From the NCBI GenBank assembly GCA_023334545.1, contig JAADVB010000010.1:89948-153947 (forward strand): a stretch of 64,000 nucleotides of DNA, given 5' to 3'. The notes below the pieces were generated by a model, which searched no databases, had not been told where the DNA came from, and saw only the letters and a program-made list of their open reading frames with translations. The stretch comes from Salisapilia sapeloensis CBS 127946. Lineage: Eukaryota > Protista > Oomycota. Both the position numbers and the translations under genes were made by a program. This document shows positions 14,201 through 23,346 of this stretch, in pieces. Position 1 is the stretch's first letter. Every line of letters begins with the position of its first letter.

Positions 14201-17200
14201 GCTCGGCACGTGGAAAGCTCTGCCAATAGAGTTGACTTTCTTTCTGGTAGATTTAATTTTGCATGGCAATGTCCTTCATACTGTTTCGCTTTACTACTTG
14301 TGCTATTGAAGCGGACAAGTAGTCTAAGTAATATTTTCAATACTGGTAGCAGCGCTGCTGATACTAAAGGTCTTGAGGAAAAGTTGGATAGACATCGCAA
14401 GAGCGTTGGCAACACCCCACCTACTATTGAGCTCTCAACTGTAGCCTCGATAAACGACTCAAGGTGACGGCGTTTATCACCCATAGGCTTCATATAACCT
14501 TCCCCATTGAAATCAGCAAAACCACCGACGGACGAAAGGTGCAAGAAAACATCACAGCAGCTCTGAAGAATCCTAGTTGCAAAACCGATAAAGCATTTTA
14601 GCTCGCTAGGAATGGAAGCCATATCCTTTAAGTCAAATCGAAAAGCGTTTACGATAACACTCGATAGCTTTTCGGAAACGCTTGCTTCGGATGCATTCTC
14701 GTCACCAAGATGCAAAGAGCCCCATGATTTAATAGTCACCGCTGTACTTGTAAGGTGCTTTAAGATGCCGAGAAGGAATGTTGCTCCTGCCTCTACTTCC
14801 TTGCTCGCGGTATCTGTCGATAGAGGTATCGCAGCGTTTAATCCTTCGTCTAGTTCTTTTATAAACTGCTTCATCAATTGATCAACAACCGCAACGTAGA
14901 TAGGCTTAAGCATATCGACACTGTCTCCCACGACGTCCAACGTGTTAGCATTGTTCATCTGACCTTCCTCTCGCGTGTTTTGACTGAAGAATGGGAGTAA
15001 CTCAGCTACAGACATATTTTCACATACTTGCTGTAGCACTTGAACTCGAAGAACGTTTCCCATCGGCACAGCTTGCTTGATGTGCCAATTCAGTAAGGTG
15101 CATTTGTTTTCGGTCTCCTTCCCATGATACCTCGGATCACCGTCGCTACTGACAGCTTGAAGTATGAACTGGAACTTGGCGCATGGACACGGAAAGAAAA
15201 GCTCGAACCCTGCCATTAAAGCCTTCATTGATGATTTTGTAACGGTACTTGTCCAGTCGGTATCTGGTGTCAATTCCTGCTCGTTATATAATGCATCACC
15301 GTTTGAATTCGCAAGAGCAAGCAAAAGATCTCGTAGACGAAGCATCACCGAGGTGTCCGTGTGCACCTCTTTCGTGCTCTCACTTTGAGCCGAATGAGCT
15401 TTCGACAGAAGTATGAATGCCCTAGCTCCGCCTGATCGTAATAGTGTAATAATGTTACAATGCACAAGCTTTATGCATGCGTTGAGCAAGTAAAATTGAA
15501 GCTCACAGAGCTCATCAGAAGACGCTTGTGGTCTATTCTGGTACGTTTGCTTCTGTGTAGTTAGCAGCTCCTGCACTCCTCGCAACGCGTCAATGTCATA
15601 ATTCCAAACATGCTCTATAAGTACAACTAGCGTTTCAAATGTCAAACTCTTTGCATGCACAGCGTATGGCTCGAACAAGCCCGGGAGCGGCCAATGCCAA
15701 TGCGCTTTTTGTACTTGACTGGCATCATTCCATCGGATTTTTTCGGTGTCGTATTCACTCAAGTGTTCCATCCTTGTAGGCAAAGACCTGGAAGCAAGTT
15801 CGTCACTAATGCGTTCAAGCTCCGCAACCAAAAAGACAGCAATGAAAACAGAGTCCGATTTTAACGCAGGTATCGCTTGATTGGATTCAGCAGAATCACA
15901 TTCGTTATTTACAGGTGGCACGGAAGATGTAGGAGCTGTAGTTAAAAGAGTATCCTGGATAACAGGGACCTCATGGTGGTCGTTGGGCATTGTGGTAGCG
16001 TCTATGAAAGACGTGGTAACTTCTGCGTTATAGCCAAGCGAAGTTAATGGACTTCTTTCATCGCTACCACTGTGTAGAGAAGAAATGGATTCTTGTCCGG
16101 TATTGCGTAAGAAAGCTTGCACGTTTTCATTTGCAAGAATCCAAGAGTAGTTTATGAATGTTTGAGGAGGCTTGCTCAATCCTGATGCAGTATAATTACC
16201 GGTAGTACTCCCACTGTCCATTTTTGGATCCCCGCCACCCTTGTCTCCGCTCGCACTCTCTTCATCGATTCCGCCAGTCAAGACTATTGTGTGATAAAAC
16301 CCAGTAGCCACCATTGCGACTCGCTTGCCGACAAAGTCTTCTATTGCAACAGGAGAAAGCCTCTCTATTGTGTCGCCTGTTCCAAGTTGTCCGTGGTTAT
16401 TTCGTCCAAAGACATATAACACACCGTTCGAGCTAGTTGCAACGGTGTGATAGCAACCACAACTAACTTGCGTAATGTCCTTATCTGACAGACTTTCAAT
16501 GCGTTGAGGGCGAAGAACCCGTTGCTGATGTTCATTCTTGCCGTTTGGCAGGATAGATTCGCCAAGTCCAAGCTGCCCATAGTCATTGCGACCAAACCCA
16601 TAGAGAGACCCACTGGCGCACTTTACTATTGAGTGATAATATCCGCACGATACTTGAGCACACTGCTCTGTCAACAAGCCCTTTACCGGCACTCGTTTAG
16701 GGATGCTCTGTAACTCCAGACTTTCCTCACCTATTTGCCCATAATCGTTCTTCCCAAAAGTGTACAAATCACCACTTGTAGTCACAACGGCAGAGTGGTA
16801 TTGCCCACAGGAGATGGAGGCAACTGCCTGTCCACCTAGAGCAATCACCGGCTGCGGCTCTCTTCTATCGTTCATATCTCCGAGACCGAGTTGACCGTAG
16901 TCATTTCGACCGAATGTGTAGACGCTTTCGCTGTAGTAAAAGCTTTCACAGGTCACAATTGTGTGATAGTAACTGCATGAAACGAGCTTCACTTTTTTAC
17001 TGATAAGGCTGCGAATGATGCGGGGGGAGTATTCACTCGCAGAGTTTCCATGGCCTAACTGCCCTCGATAATTGTAGCCAGACGTCGCAGCCTGTCCGTC
17101 TTGAGTAAGGAAGACAGTATGTTCACACCCGTTGTACGCATGCACACTCGTAACTACTTGATCCGCTATATATGGCACCTTTGTCAGCACAGCAACTCGA

Positions 17201-19266
17201 GAAGTATGGCCAAGTGCACATTGCCCATTGTCATTGTATCCGCATGCATACACTTCTCCATTCGCTGTCAAGGCAAGTGTATGCTCATTTCCTGCACATA
17301 CTTGTACTACTTCCTTATGCTGCAACTTTTCCACAAGCCCAAATGTCTTCCGAGTAATAGTGTCTCCATGACCTAGCTCACCGTACGAATTCTGCCCGCA
17401 GCTCCACACCTCGCGTTTTTCACTCTGATCTGGTTCAAACAGCTTAGCAAACTTGCTTGAAGCGTTTGCTGGGGTGCGAAGGCGTTGATGTGGCCGAGAT
17501 AACTGGCGTAATTTTACCTTTGGTGCTGCATCTAGTGTCACTAAGACAGGCAATATGTCTAGCGGATCAAGTACTAGACAAGCTGCAAAACTCCGTGCTG
17601 CTTTCTTCTTGCGTTCAACTAACGATAGCAATGACGTCGCATCGTGCACTTGAGAAGTCAAAGAAATATTTCTTTCATTTCCTCCGACATTGTTTGCTTC
17701 CGATGTTGTACCTTGCTCATCCTCAACTCTCATGCCTTCCTTCCTCTTCGAAGGTGTATTGGACATTGCAGTCAGCTTTTGCTGTGTTGCTTGTGGCGAT
17801 GAAGCGAAATGAACAGAAGTAGTCGAGCTAATGTTACCCACGAGTTTTGGTACGAACCCCTTTGGTAAGGCCTTGCGTTTGACCTGGTTTAATAGCTCTT
17901 TAGTACTGCAAGGGAGCGCTGTGTTCATGTTCTCTGCTTGGTCTCTTTTAAAAGAGGAAGAGTCTTGTACTACGTTTTTGGAATCTAGATTTACTTTATT
18001 GTCTCCAGTGACATTCTGCCGGTCCAGGTGCGACAAGGCATCCTTACTTTGTTGCCATTGATTTTCACCTCGCGCGAGGCATGGAAGTGTATCTAATGCA
18101 GACATAGAACATGAGAGTGGAGAGAACACTGCCGGGCGATTCGTGTCTCGATTATCACTGCCCTGTGGTTTGTTGTGAACGCCCAATAGTACAGATACCA
18201 CCATTAAGAAATCATTCACGGATCCAGTCGCTGATGCAAGGTAGACTAAGCAGTTCACAGCAATTGTTCGGTCATGTACGCTCTCTTCGGACTCTTTCTC
18301 AATATAGCTGTTGCTCTGCGCTGAAGCATAATCTACACTGCTTTCATCCTGGCAAATTTGTAGAAGGAAACGTTGGACGACTTCCAAGGCCTTTTGAGCC
18401 CACCATTCGTCGTACCTACTATTTGCTTCTGACAGAGATCGTTCTGTATGATCGCTTGATAAAGAAAGCGGTTGAAACTTCGTCACAGTGCGAGATATTT
18501 CCATCAAGGCTTCCTGTCTGCTCGCTGAATTGTTGGACGTTGGATCGACGAGAGAGCTGAGCATCTTCAGCGATACACGGGCAGCCATCGCAGCATCACT
18601 CCTCGACCTTGCACCTGACTGCATCGCTTCGTGTGAACCAGTGTGGCTGCTAGGTCGTCCAGATGGGAATCCCGACGTTTTTGATGATTGAAACACGTCG
18701 GTTGATTGGTGGCCTATCTCTTTCTTCATTGCCGTATCAGCTTCATGAAGCTTACGAGAGATGAGCACTTCCATGTGTTCGTCATACTTCTTCCCGAGCC
18801 GAAGCGTGTCCTGCTGCAAAACAGTAGACTCAAATATCTTTTTCATGACATTCTGTTGGAGTGCCAAGAGAACATGAAAAGGTTGTGGTGTTTCAACCTC
18901 TTTCATCGTTTCCTTGAGACCGAACATCATCAATGCCACCTTTTCATGCTGGTCAAAGTGACCAAACACAGCGACAGTACAGAGCAAATCCAGTGCCTGC
19001 ATTTGTCCATCCATTGACTGTCCATCCCATGACCATGAAAGCTCTTTGCTACAACCTCCTTTTGTCTTCTTAGCTAACAAGCGTTCAAACCAGTCACGAC
19101 TTTTATCTTCGTTCGCAAACAGCATCTTCAATATGTGTTTCCCAACATCTCGCTGATCCTCCGAAGTAGGTTTTGTATGTGAGTGCTTTAGCACAAATTG
19201 AATGTCCTCGAGCTGACCAAGGTGCATCCTGCTCCATCGGGCATCAGCTTTCGACCGAGACTCCAT
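5248..19266 (-). CDS. Giant HERC-like HECT E3 ubiquitin ligase (RCC1 repeats, LamG-like, UBA, SPRY, HECT)
   Basis: Single 4672-aa ORF. RCC1 repeats (CGQNSYGELG, FGRNDYGQLG; ~17415-16280), LamG-like (FSMTMWLY...WIHIGIV; ~12060-11430), UBA (LMMMGFPEEWCTLALKQTGND; ~9665-9555), SPRY (~8220-7770), HECT (FEGEGVDDYGGPYREFF...LPKSHTCFFALQLP). Confidence 0.95.
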   Translation of the reverse strand: MESRSKADARWSRMHLGQLEDIQFVLKHSHTKPTSEDQRDVGKHILKMLFANEDKSRDWFERLLAKKTKGGCSKELSWSWDGQSMDGQMQALDLLCTVAVFGHFDQHEKVALMMFGLKETMKEVETPQPFHVLLALQQNVMKKIFESTVLQQDTLRLGKKYDEHMEVLISRKLHEADTAMKKEIGHQSTDVFQSSKTSGFPSGRPSSHTGSHEAMQSGARSRSDAAMAARVSLKMLSSLVDPTSNNSASRQEALMEISRTVTKFQPLSLSSDHTERSLSEANSRYDEWWAQKALEVVQRFLLQICQDESSVDYASAQSNSYIEKESEESVHDRTIAVNCLVYLASATGSVNDFLMVVSVLLGVHNKPQGSDNRDTNRPAVFSPLSCSMSALDTLPCLARGENQWQQSKDALSHLDRQNVTGDNKVNLDSKNVVQDSSSFKRDQAENMNTALPCSTKELLNQVKRKALPKGFVPKLVGNISSTTSVHFASSPQATQQKLTAMSNTPSKRKEGMRVEDEQGTTSEANNVGGNERNISLTSQVHDATSLLSLVERKKKAARSFAACLVLDPLDILPVLVTLDAAPKVKLRQLSRPHQRLRTPANASSKFAKLFEPDQSEKREVWSCGQNSYGELGHGDTITRKTFGLVEKLQHKEVVQVCAGNEHTLALTANGEVYACGYNDNGQCALGHTSRVAVLTKVPYIADQVVTSVHAYNGCEHTVFLTQDGQAATSGYNYRGQLGHGNSASEYSPRIIRSLISKKVKLVSCSYYHTIVTCESFYYSESVYTFGRNDYGQLGLGDMNDRREPQPVIALGGQAVASISCGQYHSAVVTTSGDLYTFGKNDYGQIGEESLELQSIPKRVPVKGLLTEQCAQVSCGYYHSIVKCASGSLYGFGRNDYGQLGLGESILPNGKNEHQQRVLRPQRIESLSDKDITQVSCGCYHTVATSSNGVLYVFGRNNHGQLGTGDTIERLSPVAIEDFVGKRVAMVATGFYHTIVLTGGIDEESASGDKGGGDPKMDSGSTTGNYTASGLSKPPQTFINYSWILANENVQAFLRNTGQESISSLHSGSDERSPLTSLGYNAEVTTSFIDATTMPNDHHEVPVIQDTLLTTAPTSSVPPVNNECDSAESNQAIPALKSDSVFIAVFLVAELERISDELASRSLPTRMEHLSEYDTEKIRWNDASQVQKAHWHWPLPGLFEPYAVHAKSLTFETLVVLIEHVWNYDIDALRGVQELLTTQKQTYQNRPQASSDELCELQFYLLNACIKLVHCNIITLLRSGGARAFILLSKAHSAQSESTKEVHTDTSVMLRLRDLLLALANSNGDALYNEQELTPDTDWTSTVTKSSMKALMAGFELFFPCPCAKFQFILQAVSSDGDPRYHGKETENKCTLLNWHIKQAVPMGNVLRVQVLQQVCENMSVAELLPFFSQNTREEGQMNNANTLDVVGDSVDMLKPIYVAVVDQLMKQFIKELDEGLNAAIPLSTDTASKEVEAGATFLLGILKHLTSTAVTIKSWGSLHLGDENASEASVSEKLSSVIVNAFRFDLKDMASIPSELKCFIGFATRILQSCCDVFLHLSSVGGFADFNGEGYMKPMGDKRRHLESFIEATVESSIVGGVLPTLLRCLSNFSSRPLVSAALLPVLKILLRLLVRFNSTSSKAKQYEGHCHAKLNLPERKSTLLAELSTCRALPWNVQLERLTASIAANCAITIMQGDPLHAKDANADSIYGSVLANSKQLLRGGIQSEFLRNSLPGCNFSQEVVHATFQDLYECTSTSWEAHVQSMKLVVPPPRFITTGTHVWKHGASNFPFVNVDTYADVFNHSSTTQFLLCLSGEHRKGSELAGPHCCAAAARVCDWVRREYSRTNLSYRMLARTTLNSSVDCISVDCKLENAMFAALVVHTDLVAQCMHFVLGRSDAGLPIPGQCPKAFLHLWKTVASLRRTVASQATEIKNNGDFSQLSSLVNDQVFKMKEQVMKRCILLSLLENRDADEHRCNELDGGYVAPFDSGYISCTGNGYATSQEGSVKYHMCATYTDNELPFLFAYPNSRWKIVRTLVHVLTRWKSFIRYPVSTVNVDNAILAFAVSDADASSPSFLNSVLVDPLRRRSCSVQGIQHLIELMRLPRHKSVRLDIYEQVVTYLFSVYIPSVDALYVEDGSLFFAELHRNALFDLLCYVVECIRSEMKTLREAETPASIPHACVLLVRMLQCWSIRLTEETFVLVADSGILELLADLLEALKGIKTWLETLSKSEKSVPSDILTANTAINKLECTAWELFQHIYLQFTDQKQIRDGSTRKLQRPVYAMPNAVMDLLYMKMLDTLQESSGSKDQKRASTPSMPEAIPPILPSQPTLRRSFELIRRPCKFHQLRKGFIVPYNELLAPKVRPEEKDTCPPMAPLCKPNTFSMTMWLYIDERPAPSNMTNFFDSSEDYRLVFFRGNAQELSPYLLLRPEGGAEWYLELGLVRSPSSALNTENISTTGTIWERLVSKNPVMGHMWIHIGIVVEGMKLRLYVNGIPDSQLTLSPELLTSWSTANVDLPFHFGRIPSDVLKDSDELTEKNSVFGAIRRLLSSANLRKSENDDAKSSRDSHDSFNIQSFTGFLNHFRFHNRALSPIHVRIVHDEYKPILDGAGKKSNSYLEDIVKSKGQYQVAYDLSCILSVLAPSSEGIAYFSNAGSKWTTMLWKLFAHVNSLPVRQTILKALQSLLTLQTPGDASKAMRQSFYANVPACFYSKDSICIQSILQIIGFSLSGELNPTAVDANDEKSSTSLDFLSSYLKSYNDQEDMKDESLPWTSRANSSSIALKSLVAKELILLLQQLYKSSSKWSEAIKQVLQNTLSDRSNVQERLFYRINGITIERSQVERAEVVAALSVANTVLETLRPGSTVYLAGTDKYATLIAVQNTNQDTPMPPSPLPKWFQSRDCTIGAIVLHEECNISNLELNGWCENVDQQLRTLEQQMHRSGSNNKDSIASRCRWVNIDDLEPIHPLLDPVPIKATQPSKCATDGLSCLNFLVEEVIEYQSGDDPFKFISHLQARRLWMKALAHSVSNSKTAPNADELKSYRNIVWKLALETGQVHQFCTLTELEHKLSLLHLQLLSISDDLQEEGSFELAKCLLNKTEEPSVKLHPSGIFKVEQVGNRHSFSLNLQIDTSSYDMELPKNESDGNSNGSANADDVGEDDDLSNSDDSEDDMDDEETQAEFIEELMMMGFPEEWCTLALKQTGNDIVSASAWIVDNLDYLTRMQFSLEKRGQDEMDASTMFNDDDDDTDESKDEKTMQVLTPYPEQCIPTIESKQTVGILHDIETGRRTFGEMYFPFEEGGYRSNDLTTFFTKWRSTVAEAQLGSKRKITGNTSPVKPRSPERFENQKKDQSSLPLHAVLREFDEEVKQMSMQTLVAQLLTFEKMAVILYARKTLVHSFSLYSDQGGHTKEDFVQLFQLCKAVLFRGDQFSSHVHSAIDKETSCSTRSSAYDILSGVLQRIIKDDGKSALECGMDMCLNELEMALNGTEYEAYVWTQRGLDLCDVDAMQQPSVELSVWMLDIFLEACHDQKVWDTSQCRKWLTRLEKLLSTSNVSLKCITIHTLSQLLRICGKVESSFVESWIRESNLSYAEVLQAANARHDRELVQDRSIFSLYLQAYIELLYVIRKSDAESNFPCLTDAYDQSIQFLPPLEASPLSERHLQFDRKKARSPLLTISDNGSTVSYTGSELWKTVCAAQKFSSGSHTWEVRIERSSCAYLFIGVADSKRVNVDSFLGSDTFSWGYIGDQALYYQRSRVRSYGEHFGEGDVIGVHLDCEKGTLSFAKNGVIFGTAFENIVGEVCPAVALYSRNQRVSFVIDATDEENVNPDDRMKVGKENNIEHCVVICEMMESRWNANVMNANIVKAAFEFTQQWLFGNKRYVKTRSGDGLWVDVGETCCQVFGFQVGERVKTLRGDGRVAGVANDRLWVDIDGEDGAWFFHPSKLQSISSNSEALDEKAAKSTDSIEQAGIVATNITERKAVNDTEANEKSACANSHVAVDNVFDSSSVITLEVFNTAINEHQGRLGKDESLMHAVNEHCDKKGVVPWNLSASEVLSLLDINANRQVEDNSKLNASWTEKDIALLSRFGLLRYLNWCFSHVVAYFDLTWNYFNPKTSFLPSQLLANCRELLFTTIKHDAFNELSTKTAHATRHGDDDYDYPEDLPQILLNRPKAATAKCHPGTMESLMMSLVGQTFEQLHFLPIRSLRMLYSHPMDDGQWRSFKVKFEGEGVDDYGGPYREFFSQFFAELQELDLTSIDTATSKKDKIDTSVKKCLLPFFLPCPNWRNSVGDNREKFVLNAGLVSDERNERMSETQQLYGEMFHFIGQMLAIGLRTGICIRLDLAGAVWRQLVGVSSAEQDDEAVLRDMQETDQSAYTLWTALKRISIEYDELEADDSDQSTRRKHELDEEVMCMDLFFTTCLSDGSEKVLCYQGEDLQVTTANLKDYLSAVLRARQGEMAKVINIIKQGIHSILPVTALHLYTWTELEARVCGSDEIDINLLKENTEYDEDLSAEHVVVQRFWRVLMDMDNSDKRAFLRFVWARARLPTNSSQFHQKFKIQLLSVSTGSETAREKTEETKAKKVDMDIQLPKSHTCFFALQLPSYTTDEICRQRLQYAIHNCVEMDGDFRLGETEMTGWSGIDPSDQLRF

Positions 19267-19531
19267 GCTAGTGAAAAATTAATTTCCACTTGATGTTAGA
19301 TCCTTTGCAATGTCTGTTGGGCAGACGGTTGGCATGCGGCGTTGGGCCTACGTAACGGAAAGTTTATATTTTTATCTTTTCAGCACGCACAACCAAGGTC
19401 GTTTCTATTTAAAATATAACAGCTTTGGAAAGAAGAGTCCCTTCGGCGAAAAGTTGATCTATCAACTCCGAATATTCCCCATATTGGCTTCTCCACGACC
19501 TTCTCGTTAGTCAAATTAGCTGCTGTTCGGT

Positions 19532-21393
19532 ATGGCAACAATCAAACCAAGCACGCAAACCCGAGGCAACTCAAGTGGAGATCAAGATTCGTCCAGCGCA
19601 TATACAAGTGGTGGACTATGGAATCTTTTCAACCGCGTGAAGAATAAATGGCTTGGCGTCCAGGTTTACAATCTTGGATCATACTCGATTGAGCGGTTGC
19701 AGTTGTTTCATGACTATTGCATAAACACATCTCGGCTTCGGGTGACTCTTGTATGCATAGCTTCGCCCTTGCCCACGCTTGCAATGATATTGCTCATGGA
19801 ATTGATTGACTTGCAAGACCCGTATGCTGATTGGAAAGAACACCTGGTAATCTACTGCCGGACGTTCTTTTGGGGCATTGCCATCCTCGCTGGAGCTGTG
19901 TACCAGTACATACCGTTCGACTTCCCGAGTCAACCTAGTCCACTATACGTGGTCATCTGCTCGGTCATCTACGGTGCAAGCTACTTTGCCCTGTTCGTGG
20001 CGATGGCGGCGTATTGGGTGTTTCCAGTGCCATTCGGTTTTATTATCGTCTCTCATGTCTGCGCTCCAATATGCGTCTTGATGATGGTCGGGGGAATTGG
20101 AATCGATGCGATCAAGAAGAATAAAAAAAAGGTTAAGTCCATGGTGAAGCAAGTCTGTCTTGCGGGGTGCCTCACACCAACCTACTCGATGTTCAACGCT
20201 TTCTTCCAGACCCAAGAGTCTGTCATGCAAACCTTACTCATCTTTGTCCTTCCTTTAATTAAATTAATGCTGAAAAACGCGATGGTGAAGGTCAATGCAG
20301 CACTCGGCGACGTCGTGCTGGAGACTGTTGTTTTCACAGTCGAACTGTTTAATGCACTCTACATTTCCACCTGCATGCAAACAGCGAACTCGCCACTTAC
20401 AGTCTTCATCGTTATATTCGTTGATGCTGGGCAATCCTTGTTATCTATCATTGAGATTTGGGAGTATACGAAAAATGTGCCCAGGCCAACTTCATCTTCT
20501 GCCGATGGAAAGCAATTTGATCTGGTGAAGTCTGCGCTTTGTCTATGCCAAGATCCTCTGGTTCTAGACAAACTCCGAGCGAAAGGAGTTCGTTTCACTT
20601 CTAAACAGGAGCTGGTCAAGCCAATAGAATGGCACAATAAAAGGCTACCTTCGCGCACGTCTCTGGATCTCGGAAGCACGAGCGCCCCCATGAAGTCTAC
20701 TTCGATAGTACCAGAGCCAATTTCAACTGATGTTGTTCCGATTGCCAAACAAAGTATGCCTACGTACAAAGTAGACACGAAGGCTGGCCCAGTAGCACCA
20801 GGACCAGTAGCACCAGGACCGGATTTCTCAATGGTCATGATGGAACAAATAAACAAGTGGCCTGTGGAGAAAAAAGCGAAGATGGTGGGTGAAACTCTTC
20901 AGCTCATGTTCCATACAGAGTACCTTATCTGTGTCGAGTACATTGAGAGCATCATTCCAGTCGTTTACATCTCTTACATGAGCACCCTCTTCCAACTTCC
21001 GAATGCACAATATTATCCCTACTCGAGAAACATGACATCTGACGATCTACGAACGAGTGCTATTACCTTACTCCTGTACGCATTTTTGGAAGGCATATCC
21101 ATGATCGTCCTGAGCTTTATTTTAAAACGACGATTTGGATACTCCTCCATGCACCTCTTGGCATTCATGCTTGAACGACATTTTAATCAAATCCAAGGAC
21201 GATTTTTCTCCTGGATCCCACTCATCCTGCAGTTTACGCTTGTCCATTACGGTAAGACATCTTTTCATTCCATATGTATCGTGCTTCTTACTACTCTATT
21301 GACAACATAGGGACCGATTACTCCTTTGAATTTCCGTGGATGAAGCAAGCACTGAATAGCACGTCAATTCCGACTGTCGACGAAGGACTCTGA
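19532..21393 (+). CDS. Oomycete-type multi-pass membrane protein of unknown function (2 exons; intron 21252-21310)
   Basis: Many TM segments plus motifs LGSYSIERL, ELFNALY..TCMQ, EYLICVEYIESIIP. Splicing a 59-nt intron gives the C-terminus HYG|TDYSFEFPW...GL* ending at 21393. Contains a GPVAP x2 micro-repeat. Confidence 0.8.
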
Positions 21394-21584
21394 GTAGATA
21401 CACCTATACATACTAGCCTACCGACGCGATGCACCGTGTATAGCTTTCTTCGGACCTATAGTTACATTAAACTAACAAGATGCATTCGTTCGCAGCACAA
21501 CTCGTTTAAGAGACGATTAGCGCTTGTATTTGACTTGTCCACTATCGCTATCCCTTCGTGTGATGTGTCGTGACTCGCATAGCG

Positions 21585-21600
21585 TCATTTTACAATTAGC
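21585..21600 (+). promoter_or_regulatory. Inr + FPR-like core promoter of the desaturase gene
   Basis: TCATTTT-AC-AATTAGC, one mismatch to YCAYTYY-NN-MWTTTNC, 150 nt upstream of ATG 21735. Confidence 0.45.
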
Positions 21601-21633
21601 TAAACAGTTGTTGAAGTTGAGTACGTCACGCTT

Positions 21634-21674
21634 TCTAGGTTGCTGATGACACGAGCTCTAGGTTGCTGATGACA
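21634..21674 (+). repeat. 18-bp direct repeat x2 (TCTAGGTTGCTGATGACA) with 5-bp spacer
   Basis: Identical copies at 21634-21651 and 21657-21674. Confidence 0.9.
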
Positions 21675-21734
21675 TCAATCTCGGTAGCGACTTCATTTCT
21701 CGGTTCATTTGGGAAAACGCAAGCCAAGGAAGAG

Positions 21735-22724
21735 ATGGCCGAGTGGAAGTCGTATTTGCAAAACGCCAATTGGCCCATGGTCTACTATATGACCTTGGTT
21801 CATATCGGTGCCGCGATTGGCATTGCATGTCTCTTCGACTGCCATTGGCGCACCTATTGTATGGGACTTGCCTTTTACTATCTTAGCTGTGTCGGCATTA
21901 CTGCTGGATCTCACCGGCTCTGGTCCCATCGATCATACAAGGCGCATGGCTCCGTCCGTTTTGCCCTCATGTTGTGCACGTGCATAGCCAACCAAGGAAC
22001 TATCTTCCACTGGACTCGCGACCATCGCGTTCACCACAAGTATTCTGACACACCCGCCGACCCACATAACTCAGGTCGAGGCTTCTTCTTTGCCCACATG
22101 GGTTGGTTGCTACAAAAGAAGTCGCCAGAGGTTACGGAAGCTGGTAAGAAACTCAAGTTCGACGACTTGTGGGACGACTGGGTCGTTGTCCTTCAAGAAA
22201 AGTGCAATCCTTGGGGACAAATGTTCATGTGCTTCCTCATGCCTACGTTGGTCACAATGAAAGTGGCGGACGAATCATGGTTTAACGCGCTATTCGTTGC
22301 GGGTTTCCTCAAATATGCGCTGTCGCTTCATGCAACATGGTTGGTTAATAGTGCTGCCCACTTCTATGGCTACCAGCCTTACGCAGACATTCCACCCCGC
22401 GAAAACGCTTTCGTGTCGTTCTTTGCGATCGGAGAAGGATGGCACAACTGGCATCACAAATTCCCATACGACTACGCTACGAGTGAGTTCGGGGCTTCTG
22501 AGCAGTACAATCCAACAAAACTCATGCTTGACTTCCTTGCGCAACTTGGACTAGTGTACGATCGTCGTCGTGCAACCCACATTTGGGAGGGAATGAAGAA
22601 GAAGAAGGCTTGTGAAGTTAAGCTTACAGCTGACGAAAAACTGAATGTAAAAGACAAAGGTGTCGCCTCGAAAGCCGATGACGAAGTATCTGCATCTTCA
22701 CCAGTCAAGGTCAAGTCAACCTAA
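21735..22724 (+). CDS. SCD: Delta-9 acyl-CoA (stearoyl-CoA) desaturase, no cytochrome b5 fusion
   Basis: His boxes HRLWSH, HRVHH, HNWHH, plus GITAG, DPHN, GFFFAHMGW, FPYDY. Likely start MAEW (21735). Confidence 0.93.
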   Translation: MAEWKSYLQNANWPMVYYMTLVHIGAAIGIACLFDCHWRTYCMGLAFYYLSCVGITAGSHRLWSHRSYKAHGSVRFALMLCTCIANQGTIFHWTRDHRVHHKYSDTPADPHNSGRGFFFAHMGWLLQKKSPEVTEAGKKLKFDDLWDDWVVVLQEKCNPWGQMFMCFLMPTLVTMKVADESWFNALFVAGFLKYALSLHATWLVNSAAHFYGYQPYADIPPRENAFVSFFAIGEGWHNWHHKFPYDYATSEFGASEQYNPTKLMLDFLAQLGLVYDRRRATHIWEGMKKKKACEVKLTADEKLNVKDKGVASKADDEVSASSPVKVKST

Positions 22725-23010
22725 GACCAAGAGACATTGTCGAATCACAATGCATATTTTTAATCAAGAGCATATCAACGCAACTGTAGCACCATGCCTG
22801 CAAGTACTTAACATGGAAATGCTCTTTAACTTTAAATCATCGATCTCTTCATCTTTATCAATATCTATCACCATGCATTTGTGTATATTGGTAAGAATGA
22901 GCACAGAATGCAAGGAAATGGGCATACTCGATTCTTATTCATCTGCTACTATTATAATCTACCTAAGGGTACACGCAGCGTGTGCATCATTTTAAAATCT
23001 TGCAAGCGCG

Positions 23011-23346
23011 ATGCAGCTACCAGGTATATGTGCATTTGTACTGGTCTGTACCTTGTCGAGGATACCTCTATCGATAGGGACGTCTTACGATGCATATGAG
23101 GACTGTGCGCCAAGTCCCTCTATTTCGAGTGAGTTGGTGCCACCTTTGCCATTAGTGCTGGTATCAGGGCATTCAAAGAAACGAAAACTACCAGTCGGTC
23201 GAGTGCCTCCCACGCAACCTATCGCAACGACTGAGGAGTGGAATGAGACGCCGATTGCAATACCAAGTAAGCCAGTCCGTGAAACGCAGCCTTGGATGGG
23301 GAGCAGCGACAGAGATGATGGTGATGACGACACTTCGATATCGTAA
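23011..23346 (+). CDS. Putative small secreted protein, Pro/Ser-rich
   Basis: ATG start, hydrophobic N-terminus (MQLPGICAFVLVCTLSRIPLSIG), then a Pro-rich body and acidic tail. No family motif recognised. Confidence 0.4.
   Translation: MQLPGICAFVLVCTLSRIPLSIGTSYDAYEDCAPSPSISSELVPPLPLVLVSGHSKKRKLPVGRVPPTQPIATTEEWNETPIAIPSKPVRETQPWMGSSDRDDGDDDTSIS

Noticed and set aside
20786-20822. CCAGTAGCACCAGGA tandem repeat
   Set aside because: Coding micro-repeat (GPVAP x2) in a linker of the TM protein; not a CRISPR or mobile-element repeat
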